Source of the DNA: a bacterium
Lineage (GTDB): Bacteria > Zhuqueibacterota > Zhuqueibacteria > Residuimicrobiales > Krinioviventaceae
Reading direction: 5' to 3'
Assembly (NCBI GenBank): GCA_963693055.1
Contig: OY843751.1
Coordinates: forward strand, 2,016,001 to 2,080,000
DNA: 64,000 bases
Shown here: positions 38,561 through 48,579 of the stretch, in pieces
Layout: each line of letters opens with the position of its first letter
How positions within the stretch are numbered: position 1 is the stretch's first letter
Program-made: the position numbers and the translations under genes
The notes under the pieces: generated by a model
The model's input: the letters and a program-made list of their open reading frames with translations, nothing else
Told to the model about the DNA's origin: nothing
Database searches by the model: none

Positions 38561-38780
38561 TATTCATTCTTGAAAATTATTAAACTTTAATGTAGTGTTT
38601 GTTGTTAATATTATCAAGTAAAATACTGTTTTGTAGCCACAATGGGACACGTTTTCATTAAAGTGGGGAGCTGAAAAGAGAATCCTAAAAAAAGTGTTGC
38701 TTTTAATGGACATTGTTTTTACATTCATAAAATTCAATAGGTTATATGCTATAATACGGTGTATATGACAGGATGGAAAC

Positions 38781-39914
38781 ATGTCCGAAAACAAAATGCC
38801 AGAGAATGGCCCTGTTTCAGAACAGCAATTGCAAAATTCAGAATTACAGGCCCTTTTAAATTTCCAAACTGAGATTTTCAATTCATTGCCTGCCCACCTT
38901 GTTGTTATTGATGACGAGTATAATATTTTAAATTACAATCAATCTGTTGCTAATATGGCACAAGGCAAGAGTGTTGTTGGCAAGAATCTTTTTGTTTCAT
39001 TAGATTTTTACCAATCCGAAGCTTTGAACAAAGTTTTGACTGATTTTATTAATAGCAATAGAACAGTCATTCATGTAACTTTGGATCATCCACACAAAAT
39101 GGGTGAAAAATATATCCATTCCATATCCCGATTAAAGGATATTGCGGGTCTTAAAGCTTTTTTGCTGCACTCGACATTGTATGATGGCAAAGAAGGCGAT
39201 CAGCTAAATGATTTTATTCAGGATAAATTTACCAGTTTGGGAGCTTTTGCCGGTAAAATAGCGCATGATATAAATAATCCGCTATCAGTGATTCTTACAC
39301 GAATCGACTTTTTACAATCTATGGATCTGGAAAATGCCATAGAAGAAGGTGATGTTGAGATTGTTGAAGAAATTGGCATTATTCAACGTCAGGCGCAGAG
39401 AATTTATGATATTCTGGATAAAATTGGTGCATTACAGATGCATGCAAAAGAAACACCGGTAGAATGTGATGTAACTGAAATTGTAACTCGAGCTGTTACC
39501 ATTGCTGAATTTCAGCGTCCCTTTAAAACCGTGCATGCTGTAAAAGAGCTGACAGAAGGTTTACCCCGAATGGTTTGTAATGAAATAAAACTTGAGCGGG
39601 CCATCAATGAAATGTTGAGAAATGCATTTGAAGCAGTTGGCGAACAAGGGGATGTATCCATTAAATTGACCTTTGAAGAACCTGAATATCGTCTTGAAAT
39701 TAAAGACAGTGGCCTTGGAATACCACCCGAAAATATCGGCAAGGTTTTTGATCCGTTTTTTACTACCAAACAAGGTGTAAAAGGCGCGGGTTTGGGATTA
39801 ACAATAGCATATGCTGCCGCACTTGCACATAATGGTCGTATTGAAATAAATAGTGTTCCCAAATCAGGTACAACCATGACCCTGATTTTAAGACGGAACT
39901 CAGTTAATGAATAA
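38781..39914 (+). CDS. Cytoplasmic PAS sensor histidine kinase
   Basis: IAHDINNPL, NAFEA, DSGLGI, FDPFFTTK, GLGL. Confidence 0.9.
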   Translation: MSENKMPENGPVSEQQLQNSELQALLNFQTEIFNSLPAHLVVIDDEYNILNYNQSVANMAQGKSVVGKNLFVSLDFYQSEALNKVLTDFINSNRTVIHVTLDHPHKMGEKYIHSISRLKDIAGLKAFLLHSTLYDGKEGDQLNDFIQDKFTSLGAFAGKIAHDINNPLSVILTRIDFLQSMDLENAIEEGDVEIVEEIGIIQRQAQRIYDILDKIGALQMHAKETPVECDVTEIVTRAVTIAEFQRPFKTVHAVKELTEGLPRMVCNEIKLERAINEMLRNAFEAVGEQGDVSIKLTFEEPEYRLEIKDSGLGIPPENIGKVFDPFFTTKQGVKGAGLGLTIAYAAALAHNGRIEINSVPKSGTTMTLILRRNSVNE

Positions 39915-39950
39915 CCATCAGGTTTCTATAAATATAAAGGTTAATTGTAG

Positions 39951-41006
39951 ATGCCAACAGTAATAACCGATGATAAGCGAATTTCGGGTTTATTTTTAGA
40001 GCTGGATCCGCAGCAAGCCGTTGAATCATGCTCTGGCTCACTTGAAAATTGTGATTCACTATTGAGCGATATAAAACCCGGTATGTCTTTATCTGAAGCG
40101 TTAAGACGTCTTTGGAATGTTGATATAGAAGACATGTGCAATGATGCTTATCAGCATGGTCGTACTGCCAGTTATGAGATTCCAGTTCAGTGCAATACCG
40201 TTCTACATTGGTATTTAATAACTGTATCTCCACGTGTTAGCAATCAAAAAATAAATGGCGTATCTCTGAATGTTAGAGATAATACACTTGTAAAGCGAAA
40301 TGAACGTCAGTTATTGCTACACGATAAAATGGGAAATATTGCGCTGCTTGCTTCTCAGGTTGCACACAAACTCAATAATCCTTTGGCAGCGGTATTGAAT
40401 CATGTTGGAAGTTTACTGGTCACTGATTTGAGTGATGAGAATCTGTTCAAAGTCAAGAGTAAACTTGAGTTGATGCAGGAGCAGATTTACTCCATGTCTG
40501 TAATTACCAATGCACTGGTAGCATTCAGTAAAGAATCCGGAGTAAATTTTAGACCTTTGGATGTGAATGAGATTGTGCAAAAATCAGTTGAACTGTCTCA
40601 TTTACTTCAATTAAAAAGTAATATTACATATCATGTAACTTTGTTACCCGATTTACCCCAGGTGTTGGGAAATGAAATTACGCTTGAACAAAGTTTTATT
40701 AATATTATACGAAATGCCCTTGAAGCAATGCCGGATGGGGGAGAGTTTACAATTACCACCAATTTGGATCCGCTTTCGAATGATTATATTTGTATCTCTT
40801 TTCATGATACAGGGTTTGGTATTGAAAAACAAGATCTGGATCAGGTTTTTGATCCGTTTTTCAAAACCAAGGATGAAAATCATTCTGGTTTGGGTTTATC
40901 AATAAGCTATGGTATTATTGCAAATCACAACGGAAGTATTGAAATTAACAGTGAACCGGAAAATGGTACAAAGGTAACTGTACTTTTGCCGGTGAACCGT
41001 AAATAA
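39951..41006 (+). CDS. Second cytoplasmic histidine kinase
   Basis: VAHKLNNPL, NALEA, DTGFGI, FDPFFKTK, GLGL. Confidence 0.9.
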   Translation: MPTVITDDKRISGLFLELDPQQAVESCSGSLENCDSLLSDIKPGMSLSEALRRLWNVDIEDMCNDAYQHGRTASYEIPVQCNTVLHWYLITVSPRVSNQKINGVSLNVRDNTLVKRNERQLLLHDKMGNIALLASQVAHKLNNPLAAVLNHVGSLLVTDLSDENLFKVKSKLELMQEQIYSMSVITNALVAFSKESGVNFRPLDVNEIVQKSVELSHLLQLKSNITYHVTLLPDLPQVLGNEITLEQSFINIIRNALEAMPDGGEFTITTNLDPLSNDYICISFHDTGFGIEKQDLDQVFDPFFKTKDENHSGLGLSISYGIIANHNGSIEINSEPENGTKVTVLLPVNRK

Positions 41007-41026
41007 AATGTAAGAGGAATAAACAT

Positions 41027-42457
41027 ATGAGTGATATCAACAACTCGGATTCTAACAAGTTGTTAATAATTGATGATGATAAAAGCGTATTAGATTCCAT
41101 TGTATCTTTACTTAAAAATTCAAACTATCAATGTTTAACTGCACCTTCAACCGCTACCGGTGTGAATCTTATTAAATCGGAACAGCCTTTGGTTGTTTTG
41201 ACTGATCTGAAAATGGAAAGAGATTCTTCGGGTATTGAAGTGCTAGAGGAAGCAAAAAAAATTGATCCTGAACTGGTGGTTATTCTTTATACAGCGTATG
41301 GTAATGTACCTGCAGCTGTTGATGCATTTAAAAAAGGTGCTTTTGATTTTATACAAAAAGTTCAAACTCACCATGATATTCTGGTACCCATTGATCGTGC
41401 TTTTAAATTTGCACGTATTCAGCGTGAAAATGCGTTTTTACGCAGTAGAGTAGATCTAACGGATGACGGCAGTTTTTATGGTGCAGTGGGTACAAGCCCC
41501 ACTATTCGTGAGGTTTTTGAAACAGTTAAACGCGTTGCTCGTACCAACGCAACAGTTATGATTACCGGTGAAACCGGTACTGGTAAAGAGGTAATTGCTC
41601 GAGGGTTGCATTATCACAGTCCACGTCAAAGCGAATCATTTGTTCCTGTAGCTGTTGGAACATTGCCGGATAATCTGTTAGAAGGCGAATTGTTTGGCCA
41701 TGTTAAAGGCGCTTATACTGGTGCAACTACAGACAAGCCCGGACTGTTTGAAGCTGCAGATAAGGGCACAATCATGCTTGATGAGATTGGCGAAGTCAGT
41801 ATAGAAATGCAGCACAAGTTGCTGCGGGTTATTCAGGAACGAACTGTAAGAAGATTGGGTAGTGTTAAAGAACGTGATATTGATGTAAGAATTATCAGCG
41901 CAACCAACCGTGATCCTGAAGAATTGGTAAAAGCAGGCAAGTTACGTGAAGATCTTTTTTATCGATTAAATGTGATCCATATCCATATACCACCATTGCG
42001 CGAGCGCAAAGAAGATATACCTATTCTTGCTTATCATTTCCTTAAAAAATATCGGGATATTGGTGTAGTAGAAGTTGAAAAGATTTCAAATGAAACATTA
42101 CTTTTGTTACAGGAATATGAATGGCCAGGAAATGTAAGACAGTTACAGGGAACTATGGAGAGAATGGTAGCGCTTGCCGGCAGACCAGAACTCCGCCCTG
42201 AAGATTTACCAGATAAAATCCGCCCTACAACCAAACGTGTTTATGTGGATACAAATGAAGAGTTGGATTTTAAAACTGCCAAAGCTCGCATTACCGAAGC
42301 ATTTGAAAAACAATATATTGAAAATTTATTGGACAAGTATAATAACAATATTACAAAGGTAGCGGATGCGGCGGGTTTGAATAGAAAAACTATATATCGT
42401 TTAATTGACTCCCGGAATATTAAATTCAGAGGAGTACGTGATGAGGATGACGACTAG
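41027..42457 (+). CDS. NtrC-family sigma54-dependent response regulator
   Basis: Receiver (IIDDD, TDLKM); GETGTGKE; ELFGHVKGAYTGA; LDEIGE; WPGNVRQL; Fis-type HTH. Confidence 0.95.
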   Translation: MSDINNSDSNKLLIIDDDKSVLDSIVSLLKNSNYQCLTAPSTATGVNLIKSEQPLVVLTDLKMERDSSGIEVLEEAKKIDPELVVILYTAYGNVPAAVDAFKKGAFDFIQKVQTHHDILVPIDRAFKFARIQRENAFLRSRVDLTDDGSFYGAVGTSPTIREVFETVKRVARTNATVMITGETGTGKEVIARGLHYHSPRQSESFVPVAVGTLPDNLLEGELFGHVKGAYTGATTDKPGLFEAADKGTIMLDEIGEVSIEMQHKLLRVIQERTVRRLGSVKERDIDVRIISATNRDPEELVKAGKLREDLFYRLNVIHIHIPPLRERKEDIPILAYHFLKKYRDIGVVEVEKISNETLLLLQEYEWPGNVRQLQGTMERMVALAGRPELRPEDLPDKIRPTTKRVYVDTNEELDFKTAKARITEAFEKQYIENLLDKYNNNITKVADAAGLNRKTIYRLIDSRNIKFRGVRDEDDD

Positions 42458-42655
42458 TTGATATAACAACGGGGGATTATACCGCATTAGATACCCAAGG
42501 GATATGTACTTTACACCACAGTTTCTTTTCAAGAGTGGCCTGAGGGCAACACATCTCGTCTTTAAAAAATGACTTTTTTGTACATATAAAATATTATTTA
42601 CTTGTAAGTTTTTGTTTTTATTGTGTTTAATATTATGGTCTTTTAGTGCCATTTA

Positions 42656-42672
42656 CTGGCATGAAACTTGTA
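42656..42672 (+). promoter_or_regulatory. Candidate sigma54 promoter (variant -12)
   Basis: CTGGCATGAAACTTGTA = GG-N10-GT, about 55 nt upstream of ATG 42726. Confidence 0.5.
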
Positions 42673-42725
42673 CTGGCAGTAATAGAAAAATTAAAGACCA
42701 TTCACTAAACAGGGTGTATGACGGG

Positions 42726-43148
42726 ATGATGAAAGAAAATATTAAACTAAAAAAAGCCAAATTGATCCTCGTTGGAACGATCGATTTTGGTGTTGTTGAA
42801 GGTCTTAAAGAACGTATGAAAGGTGCCAATTACGAGGTACATTTCGTTCAAAAAGGTATCAGCGTATTATCAGAAATTTTGGATAATGATGTTGATTTAC
42901 TTATACTTGATCTTGAACTTGCAGGAATTATGGGTGTTGAAATTCTTCCTGTAATACGACGTTTGCGTCCACGTTTACCTGTAATATTGATTACAGATGA
43001 TTTTACAAATCGAGTACGCAAAGTAGCCGCTGAACTTGGCATTACTTATCAGGCAAGTAAGCCTATGTCACCAAATGAAACTGAAGCTATTATATCTGCA
43101 ACTGAAAGTATTGTTGAAAAAAGCGCGCTCAACACATTAGCTATATAA
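42726..43148 (+). CDS. Stand-alone, atypical response-regulator receiver
   Basis: DLLILDLEL...G..IL, PVILIT, SKP; N-terminal acidic pair degenerate. Confidence 0.8.
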   Translation: MMKENIKLKKAKLILVGTIDFGVVEGLKERMKGANYEVHFVQKGISVLSEILDNDVDLLILDLELAGIMGVEILPVIRRLRPRLPVILITDDFTNRVRKVAAELGITYQASKPMSPNETEAIISATESIVEKSALNTLAI

Positions 43149-43162
43149 TTATTTAGAATTAA

Positions 43163-43214
43163 TAAGCCACCGGAAAAATTTTGTATTCCAGATTTTGCCG
43201 GTGGCTTTTTTTTT
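43163..43214 (+). terminator. Intrinsic terminator
   Basis: AAGCCACCGG...CCGGTGGCTT followed by a T-run. Confidence 0.8.
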
Positions 43215-43396
43215 GTTTCCCCCATAAATTATTTCATCCCCCAGGTTTAAATTCAAGTGTTGTGACATACAGTCAACAGTATTTCATATATGTCCATTGT
43301 AATAACCAATTAGTAAACGAATATGTAGTTTATTTGATACCATTATTTAAGATTGAAAGTAACAATGACATTTTCGCACTATATTAAGTCTATAAA

Positions 43397-43474
43397 AAAC
43401 AAGTATTTGAAATTTTTATTTTTGCGGCTTTTTGAATTGGCAATCATTTTAGATTTTTTGGCATAAACTCTGCT
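43397..43474 (+). promoter_or_regulatory. sigma54 promoter with upstream IHF-like site
   Basis: TTGGCATAAACTCTGCT (GG 43460-61, GC 43472-73, N10 spacing); AAACAAGTATTTG at 43397-43409 resembles WATCAANNNNTTR. Confidence 0.7.
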
Positions 43475-43533
43475 TTAGCAAGGGTAGAAAATAAATAAGA
43501 TACAAGAAATGAAGATTTTTGAGGAGAGAAGTA

Positions 43534-44823
43534 ATGAAATATAATCAACGCAAATTTAACCGAATGAAACAGAATAGACGCGTTTTCAGTCTGTTTGTTC
43601 AGGCTCATTCTACGGTTCTCTCTTTTTTATTTGTGTTATTCTTTTTTACTCAGGTATATGCAGCCGGTTCTCTTGTAGCAAGCTGGAGCCCCAATGCTGA
43701 ATCAGATCTCGCAGGATACAAAATTTATTATGGCACTACATCCGGTGATCAGACAAACTGGCAAATGGTAGATGTTGGTGATGTCAATCGTCATGTATTT
43801 CATGATCTGGTTGCAGGAGATACTTATTATATGGTTGTTACTGCATATGACTGGGCAGGAAATGAGAGTGAACCTTCAACTGAAGCAACCGCTGTTGCAA
43901 CTAATCGAGATGTAACAATTGCATATACTGAAGATAACGGTTTGGTTATTACTTGGGATGCTGTAAGTGGTGCAACTGCATATGAGATTTATAAAAGCTC
44001 AAGCGCATATTTTACACCAACTACGCCTTTAACTACTGTAACAGGTACACAGTATACAGATAGTAATTTTTCACGAGAAGCTGATACTGGATCATATTAT
44101 ATAATTACAGCTAAAGCTAATGAAACAGAATTGTTTACTTTTTCTACAATTGGTGCTTTAAATATAAAGTTGAACGGTGCCAAAAATCTGGTATCTGTTC
44201 CTTTTATTACATCTGATTCAACTTTATCAACAGTTTTAGGTACCCAACTTACTGGTAGCAGTTTTTCAAGTCAAGCTGACCGTGTTAGAGTTTGGAACGG
44301 AAGTGAATATGAAATGGCATGGTTGGTTGATGGAACCGGTACAGATTATGATGGTAAATGGTTTCGAAAAGCTGGCGATATGGAATCACCTATCAGACTT
44401 GTACCTCAACAGGCTTTTTGGATTGAACTGGTAAATCCGGTTCCAACCGATTCTGTAGTAACAGTTGCTGGCAGAGTTGCTGAAGATGCTAGTTATACAT
44501 ATCAATTAAATAGTGGTCCTAACTTTGTTGGTTCGTATTATCCATCAGATATAACTTTGGCTAACACCAATTTAGGACTCAGTGGAGCAGTAACCGGTGG
44601 TTTGAATGGTGCTGTCTCTGATAAAATTATGCATTGGCGTAATGTTAATGACTTTGACGTGGCCTGGCTTGTAGCTGGTTCAGGAACGAGCTGGGACGGG
44701 GAGTGGGTGAATGAGCGAGGTGATGCTCTTTCTAATATGACTTTCAAGGCAGGCCACGGTTATATTATTATGATTAAAAATGACAATACAACCCGTAACT
44801 GGCAGTTACCGAAACCCAATTGA
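43534..44823 (+). CDS. Secreted FN3-domain protein with duplicated C-terminal beta domain
   Basis: W.PN.ESDLAGYKIYYG...VTAYD..GNES FN3; internal repeat L..G.N.V...AD.V..W....AWLV.G.G...DG.W. Confidence 0.8.
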   Translation: MKYNQRKFNRMKQNRRVFSLFVQAHSTVLSFLFVLFFFTQVYAAGSLVASWSPNAESDLAGYKIYYGTTSGDQTNWQMVDVGDVNRHVFHDLVAGDTYYMVVTAYDWAGNESEPSTEATAVATNRDVTIAYTEDNGLVITWDAVSGATAYEIYKSSSAYFTPTTPLTTVTGTQYTDSNFSREADTGSYYIITAKANETELFTFSTIGALNIKLNGAKNLVSVPFITSDSTLSTVLGTQLTGSSFSSQADRVRVWNGSEYEMAWLVDGTGTDYDGKWFRKAGDMESPIRLVPQQAFWIELVNPVPTDSVVTVAGRVAEDASYTYQLNSGPNFVGSYYPSDITLANTNLGLSGAVTGGLNGAVSDKIMHWRNVNDFDVAWLVAGSGTSWDGEWVNERGDALSNMTFKAGHGYIIMIKNDNTTRNWQLPKPN

Positions 44824-44856
44824 TCTTGGGACGAGATGTTAAAAGGAGTAATTGTG

Positions 44857-45918
44857 ATGAACAAAGCTTATACGATTATATTAGTAATATTTTTAACCAT
44901 GCTGGTTGTAACGGTACAGGCCGGAACATTGGAAGCTTTTTCCGATGAAGGTTGTGTTGATGTTAACGGTTCTACCTATCTTGTTGGAAGCAACAGTAGT
45001 GGTGACCTTGTACAATTGATCTGGACCGGTCCTGATGGTAAAATTAACGAAGCTGATGATATGGGCAATGCAACCGGTGATGATGTAGTTATCGATTCAA
45101 CTTATATCGGTTATGGAACTTTACCAGGCGTGTCTGCAAACGGTCGTTTTGGAAAAACATTTACCCATGATCTTTTAGCAGCATCCTATACGGTTTATAT
45201 CCGTACATGGAACGCTCCAACAATTACCGGCTTGACAGATGCTTATGGTAATTCTCCAATACGGACTATGCAAAGCGATATTGACCATTTCAATTGCGGC
45301 GCAGTTCGATGTATTGAACGTACAAGTACACCTGTAGAATTGACCAGTTTCACCGTTAATTCTGAACCCGGAAAAATGGTTTTGAATTGGGTAACCCAGT
45401 CTGAAACTGAAAACCTTGGATTTTACATCTACCGTAGTGAAACTATAGATGGTGAACGTGTAAATGTGACTGAATCCATGATTAGTGGTGCAATTAACGC
45501 ACAATCCCGAAATGATTACAGTTGGATTGATAATGGCGTTGAAGATGGTGTTGTATACTATTACTGGCTGGTGGATGTGGCTACAACTGGTGAAACTAAT
45601 TTTTCAGATTCTCAAAAAGCAATTGGTATTGCCAAACCCGATCACTATGAATTGAGCCAGAATTATCCGAATCCATTTAATCCCAGAACCACGATTAAGT
45701 ATACACTCAAAGATGACGGTCATGTAGAGCTCGCTATCTTTAATATACGTGGTCAACTGGTACGCAGTCTGGTAAGCAGTGAACAATCAGCTGGCGTTTA
45801 TTCAATGATGTGGGATGCCAAAGATGACAATGGTGTTTCATTACCAAGCGGAATCTATTTTTACAGAATACGTTCTAACGAGTTTGAATCTATTAAAAAG
45901 ATGTCCTTGACCAAGTAA
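44857..45918 (+). CDS. Secreted protein with PVELTSF linker, FN3-like domain and FlgD-Ig/T9SS-type C-terminal domain
   Basis: Signal peptide; TPVELTSF; W.TQSETENLGF; QNYPNPFNP...KKMSLTK. Confidence 0.85.
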   Translation: MNKAYTIILVIFLTMLVVTVQAGTLEAFSDEGCVDVNGSTYLVGSNSSGDLVQLIWTGPDGKINEADDMGNATGDDVVIDSTYIGYGTLPGVSANGRFGKTFTHDLLAASYTVYIRTWNAPTITGLTDAYGNSPIRTMQSDIDHFNCGAVRCIERTSTPVELTSFTVNSEPGKMVLNWVTQSETENLGFYIYRSETIDGERVNVTESMISGAINAQSRNDYSWIDNGVEDGVVYYYWLVDVATTGETNFSDSQKAIGIAKPDHYELSQNYPNPFNPRTTIKYTLKDDGHVELAIFNIRGQLVRSLVSSEQSAGVYSMMWDAKDDNGVSLPSGIYFYRIRSNEFESIKKMSLTK

Positions 45919-45931
45919 CAGGTCTTGGGCA

Positions 45932-45968
45932 TTTTTACTAAAAATTTTTACTAAATTTTTTTACTAAA
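45932..45968 (+). repeat. Three direct repeats TTTTTACTAAA at 13-bp period
   Basis: Copies at 45932, 45945 and 45958, upstream of wza. Confidence 0.7.
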
Positions 45969-45994
45969 TAATTTATTATTAAGCGGAATCGAAA

Positions 45995-46753
45995 ATGAAA
46001 ACAGTACGAAATACAATCTCTCTTACCTTGACCCTGATGCTTTTGAGCGTATTGACAGCGTGTTCTGTAAATCCTCCGGCAAATCCTCAACAGGAAAAGG
46101 TACAGGGAAAACATCGTACAGTTTTTAAAATGAAGGCTCCGCAGAATAATATTACAGAGTCCACATCCTACCGTTTAGGATATGGAGACAGCATTGAAAT
46201 AAAGTTTTTTAACAATCCGGAATACAACGAAACAATTACAGTGCGCCCTGATGGCCGAATCAGCTTGCAGCGGGTTGGTGATATATTTGTTATCCAGATG
46301 ACTCCAGCAGAATTGGATGACATTATTACACAAACTTATAGCGAAATTCTGATTAATCCCGATGTTACCGTTTTTGTACGGGAGTTTGGCGGCCAGGATG
46401 TATACGTAATGGGTGAAGTTGAAAATCCGGGAGTATTCAAAGTAACAAAAGGTATGACCATGTTAAGGGCTATCGCCGCGGCAGGCGGGCCCAAGGGTGG
46501 TGCGGAGTTGGGTAGTGTCTTACTTATCCGCAATGACGGACATAGTCGTGGTGAGGCTGTACGGGTGGATTTAGCATTGTCAACATTGCGTAAAAATCTC
46601 AATTATGATTTACCTGTTCAATCCTATGATGTCGTTTTTGTACCACGAACGTTTATTGCGGATGTCAATTCTTTTGTAACACAGTTATATGATATTGCAC
46701 TACCGCCATTCGACATTTGGTCCAGATATAATTACTGGTATGGCTCAAAGTAA
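45995..46753 (+). CDS. wza: Polysaccharide export outer-membrane lipoprotein (Wza-like)
   Basis: Lipobox LTAC; YRLG.GD, VRPDGRISL, V.GEV..PG, AIAAAGG. Confidence 0.9.
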   Translation: MKTVRNTISLTLTLMLLSVLTACSVNPPANPQQEKVQGKHRTVFKMKAPQNNITESTSYRLGYGDSIEIKFFNNPEYNETITVRPDGRISLQRVGDIFVIQMTPAELDDIITQTYSEILINPDVTVFVREFGGQDVYVMGEVENPGVFKVTKGMTMLRAIAAAGGPKGGAELGSVLLIRNDGHSRGEAVRVDLALSTLRKNLNYDLPVQSYDVVFVPRTFIADVNSFVTQLYDIALPPFDIWSRYNYWYGSK

Positions 46754-46785
46754 CAGTTATTTGATCACTAAATAGGATTGACAAC

Positions 46786-48312
46786 ATGATTGAGTACAGT
46801 CGATATGACAGTCCAATATCTCCAACAAGTTTTATGAGTATATTGAACAAGCGGAAAAAATTGATTATAACATTATTTGTTCTGGTTTTCGCAAGTATTA
46901 TTGCAGCATCATTTGTATTACCACCGGTTTATCGGTCAACTGCAAAACTGATGGTTAATTACCAGGGTGAAGATGAAAAGAGTTATATGTTGGGTATGGT
47001 TTCTTCAGGCAATCGGGCCCAATATGATCGCATCGGTTCCGAGCTTGCAATTGTAAAAATGCACAGTATTCTTGAACCGGTTGTTAAGGAATTGGAAATG
47101 GACAAACCTGAAGAAAAAGAGTTTTCAATATTAAAATCTCTGGGACTTGGCAACGAAGCAATTGCAGAAGAAAACCCGGAAATGCTCCATAATCAGGCCG
47201 TAGTTAAACTTTCCAAAGATTTAAATGTAGAACGTGAAAAAGATACCAATGTGCTGGTATTAACCTATGATGCGGATGATCCACAATATGCTGCAAATGT
47301 AGTAAAGCAGGTTGTGAGTGAATATATTGGTCAACGTCCATTACTTGACAGAGACGACAGAGATTATGAATTTTATGACAAACAGATAACAGATATTGAA
47401 GAACGTATAGCTCAGCTTGAACAGCAGGGAATGAAGTACCGCAGCTATGAACGGTTATTGCAACCCGATGAACAAACCAAGATTTTGGTAACATCTGCAG
47501 CTGATTTTGATAAAGAACTGACTAAAACCAGATCTGAACGAATTTCCAAAGAAGCAAGACTTGAAGTTATTCGTGAACAATTATCAAGTGGTAAGCAGGC
47601 TATAACATTTCCCAATATGGAATCGAGTGAAAAAGTTGGACGTATGGATTATCTGAATGAATTAAAGAAAACCAAACTTGAACTTGAACTTGAAAAAAGC
47701 GCCATGGCAAAGAAATATACAGATAAACATCCTGAAATGGTGCGAGTAACACAGGCAATAGAATCAACAAATATAAAAATACAGGCAGAGATCAATGAGT
47801 TTATTAGAGCTGAAGAAACCAGTGTACGCGCTTTGCGGGCAACGGAACAAGCTTTGGCTGGAAAAATGAATCAGGTTGTCAATTCTGTAGTGGATCTTTC
47901 CCGTCAGGAATATGAACTTGGTAAATTGACCATTGGTATTGAAGATTTACGCGAAGTGCATTCTATGCTTATTCGTAAACGTGAAGAAGCAAGAATTGCT
48001 GCCAGTAAGCAAGAATATAATATCAAAGTACGCGTGCTGGAACCTGCAATGACTGCTCCTCATCCTGTAAAACCGAACAAGGCTTTGTTTGCCGGACTGG
48101 CGGTGGTGTTAGGGATTATGATTTCCTTTGGCGGTGCGTTTTTTATCGAGATGTTTGATCACTCGGTAAATACTGTGGAAGATGCCCAACATTGTTTGGG
48201 GTTGCCTATTTTGGCTGCAATACCGGATTTTGAATCAAGACGTCTTGGAAACGCTATGCAGCGTCTGCAAGCTCCCCGGTATTCAATGAATGAAATGGCA
48301 ACGGTGGATTAA
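46786..48312 (+). CDS. Polysaccharide co-polymerase (GumC/Wzc N-terminal part)
   Basis: TM-PPVYRSTAKL, coiled coil, YTDKHPE, P..PVKP-TM. Confidence 0.88.
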   Translation: MIEYSRYDSPISPTSFMSILNKRKKLIITLFVLVFASIIAASFVLPPVYRSTAKLMVNYQGEDEKSYMLGMVSSGNRAQYDRIGSELAIVKMHSILEPVVKELEMDKPEEKEFSILKSLGLGNEAIAEENPEMLHNQAVVKLSKDLNVEREKDTNVLVLTYDADDPQYAANVVKQVVSEYIGQRPLLDRDDRDYEFYDKQITDIEERIAQLEQQGMKYRSYERLLQPDEQTKILVTSAADFDKELTKTRSERISKEARLEVIREQLSSGKQAITFPNMESSEKVGRMDYLNELKKTKLELELEKSAMAKKYTDKHPEMVRVTQAIESTNIKIQAEINEFIRAEETSVRALRATEQALAGKMNQVVNSVVDLSRQEYELGKLTIGIEDLREVHSMLIRKREEARIAASKQEYNIKVRVLEPAMTAPHPVKPNKALFAGLAVVLGIMISFGGAFFIEMFDHSVNTVEDAQHCLGLPILAAIPDFESRRLGNAMQRLQAPRYSMNEMATVD

Positions 48313-48335
48313 TTAAAACCTTTTTGGAGGAAAAA

Positions 48336-48548
48336 ATGAGAAATCAATTGAAAATTAAAAGATGGGAAGCCGGATTAAAACAATATGAACTGGCATTTCT
48401 GCTGGGTTGCAGCTCTACATATCTTTCAATGGTAGAGAATAACCGAATTGAAGCAACTGTAGAATTTAAACGCAAAGTTTCAGAGATTTTTAATGTCAGT
48501 ATTGGCGAGATTTTCCATGAAAATATCAATACAACGGCAATGGCTTAA
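48336..48548 (+). CDS. XRE/Cro HTH protein
   Basis: R...GLKQ.ELA..LG.S..YLS.VEN. Confidence 0.85.
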   Translation: MRNQLKIKRWEAGLKQYELAFLLGCSSTYLSMVENNRIEATVEFKRKVSEIFNVSIGEIFHENINTTAMA

Positions 48549-48579
48549 TTGGATATTATAATTGAATAATGGAATGGCC

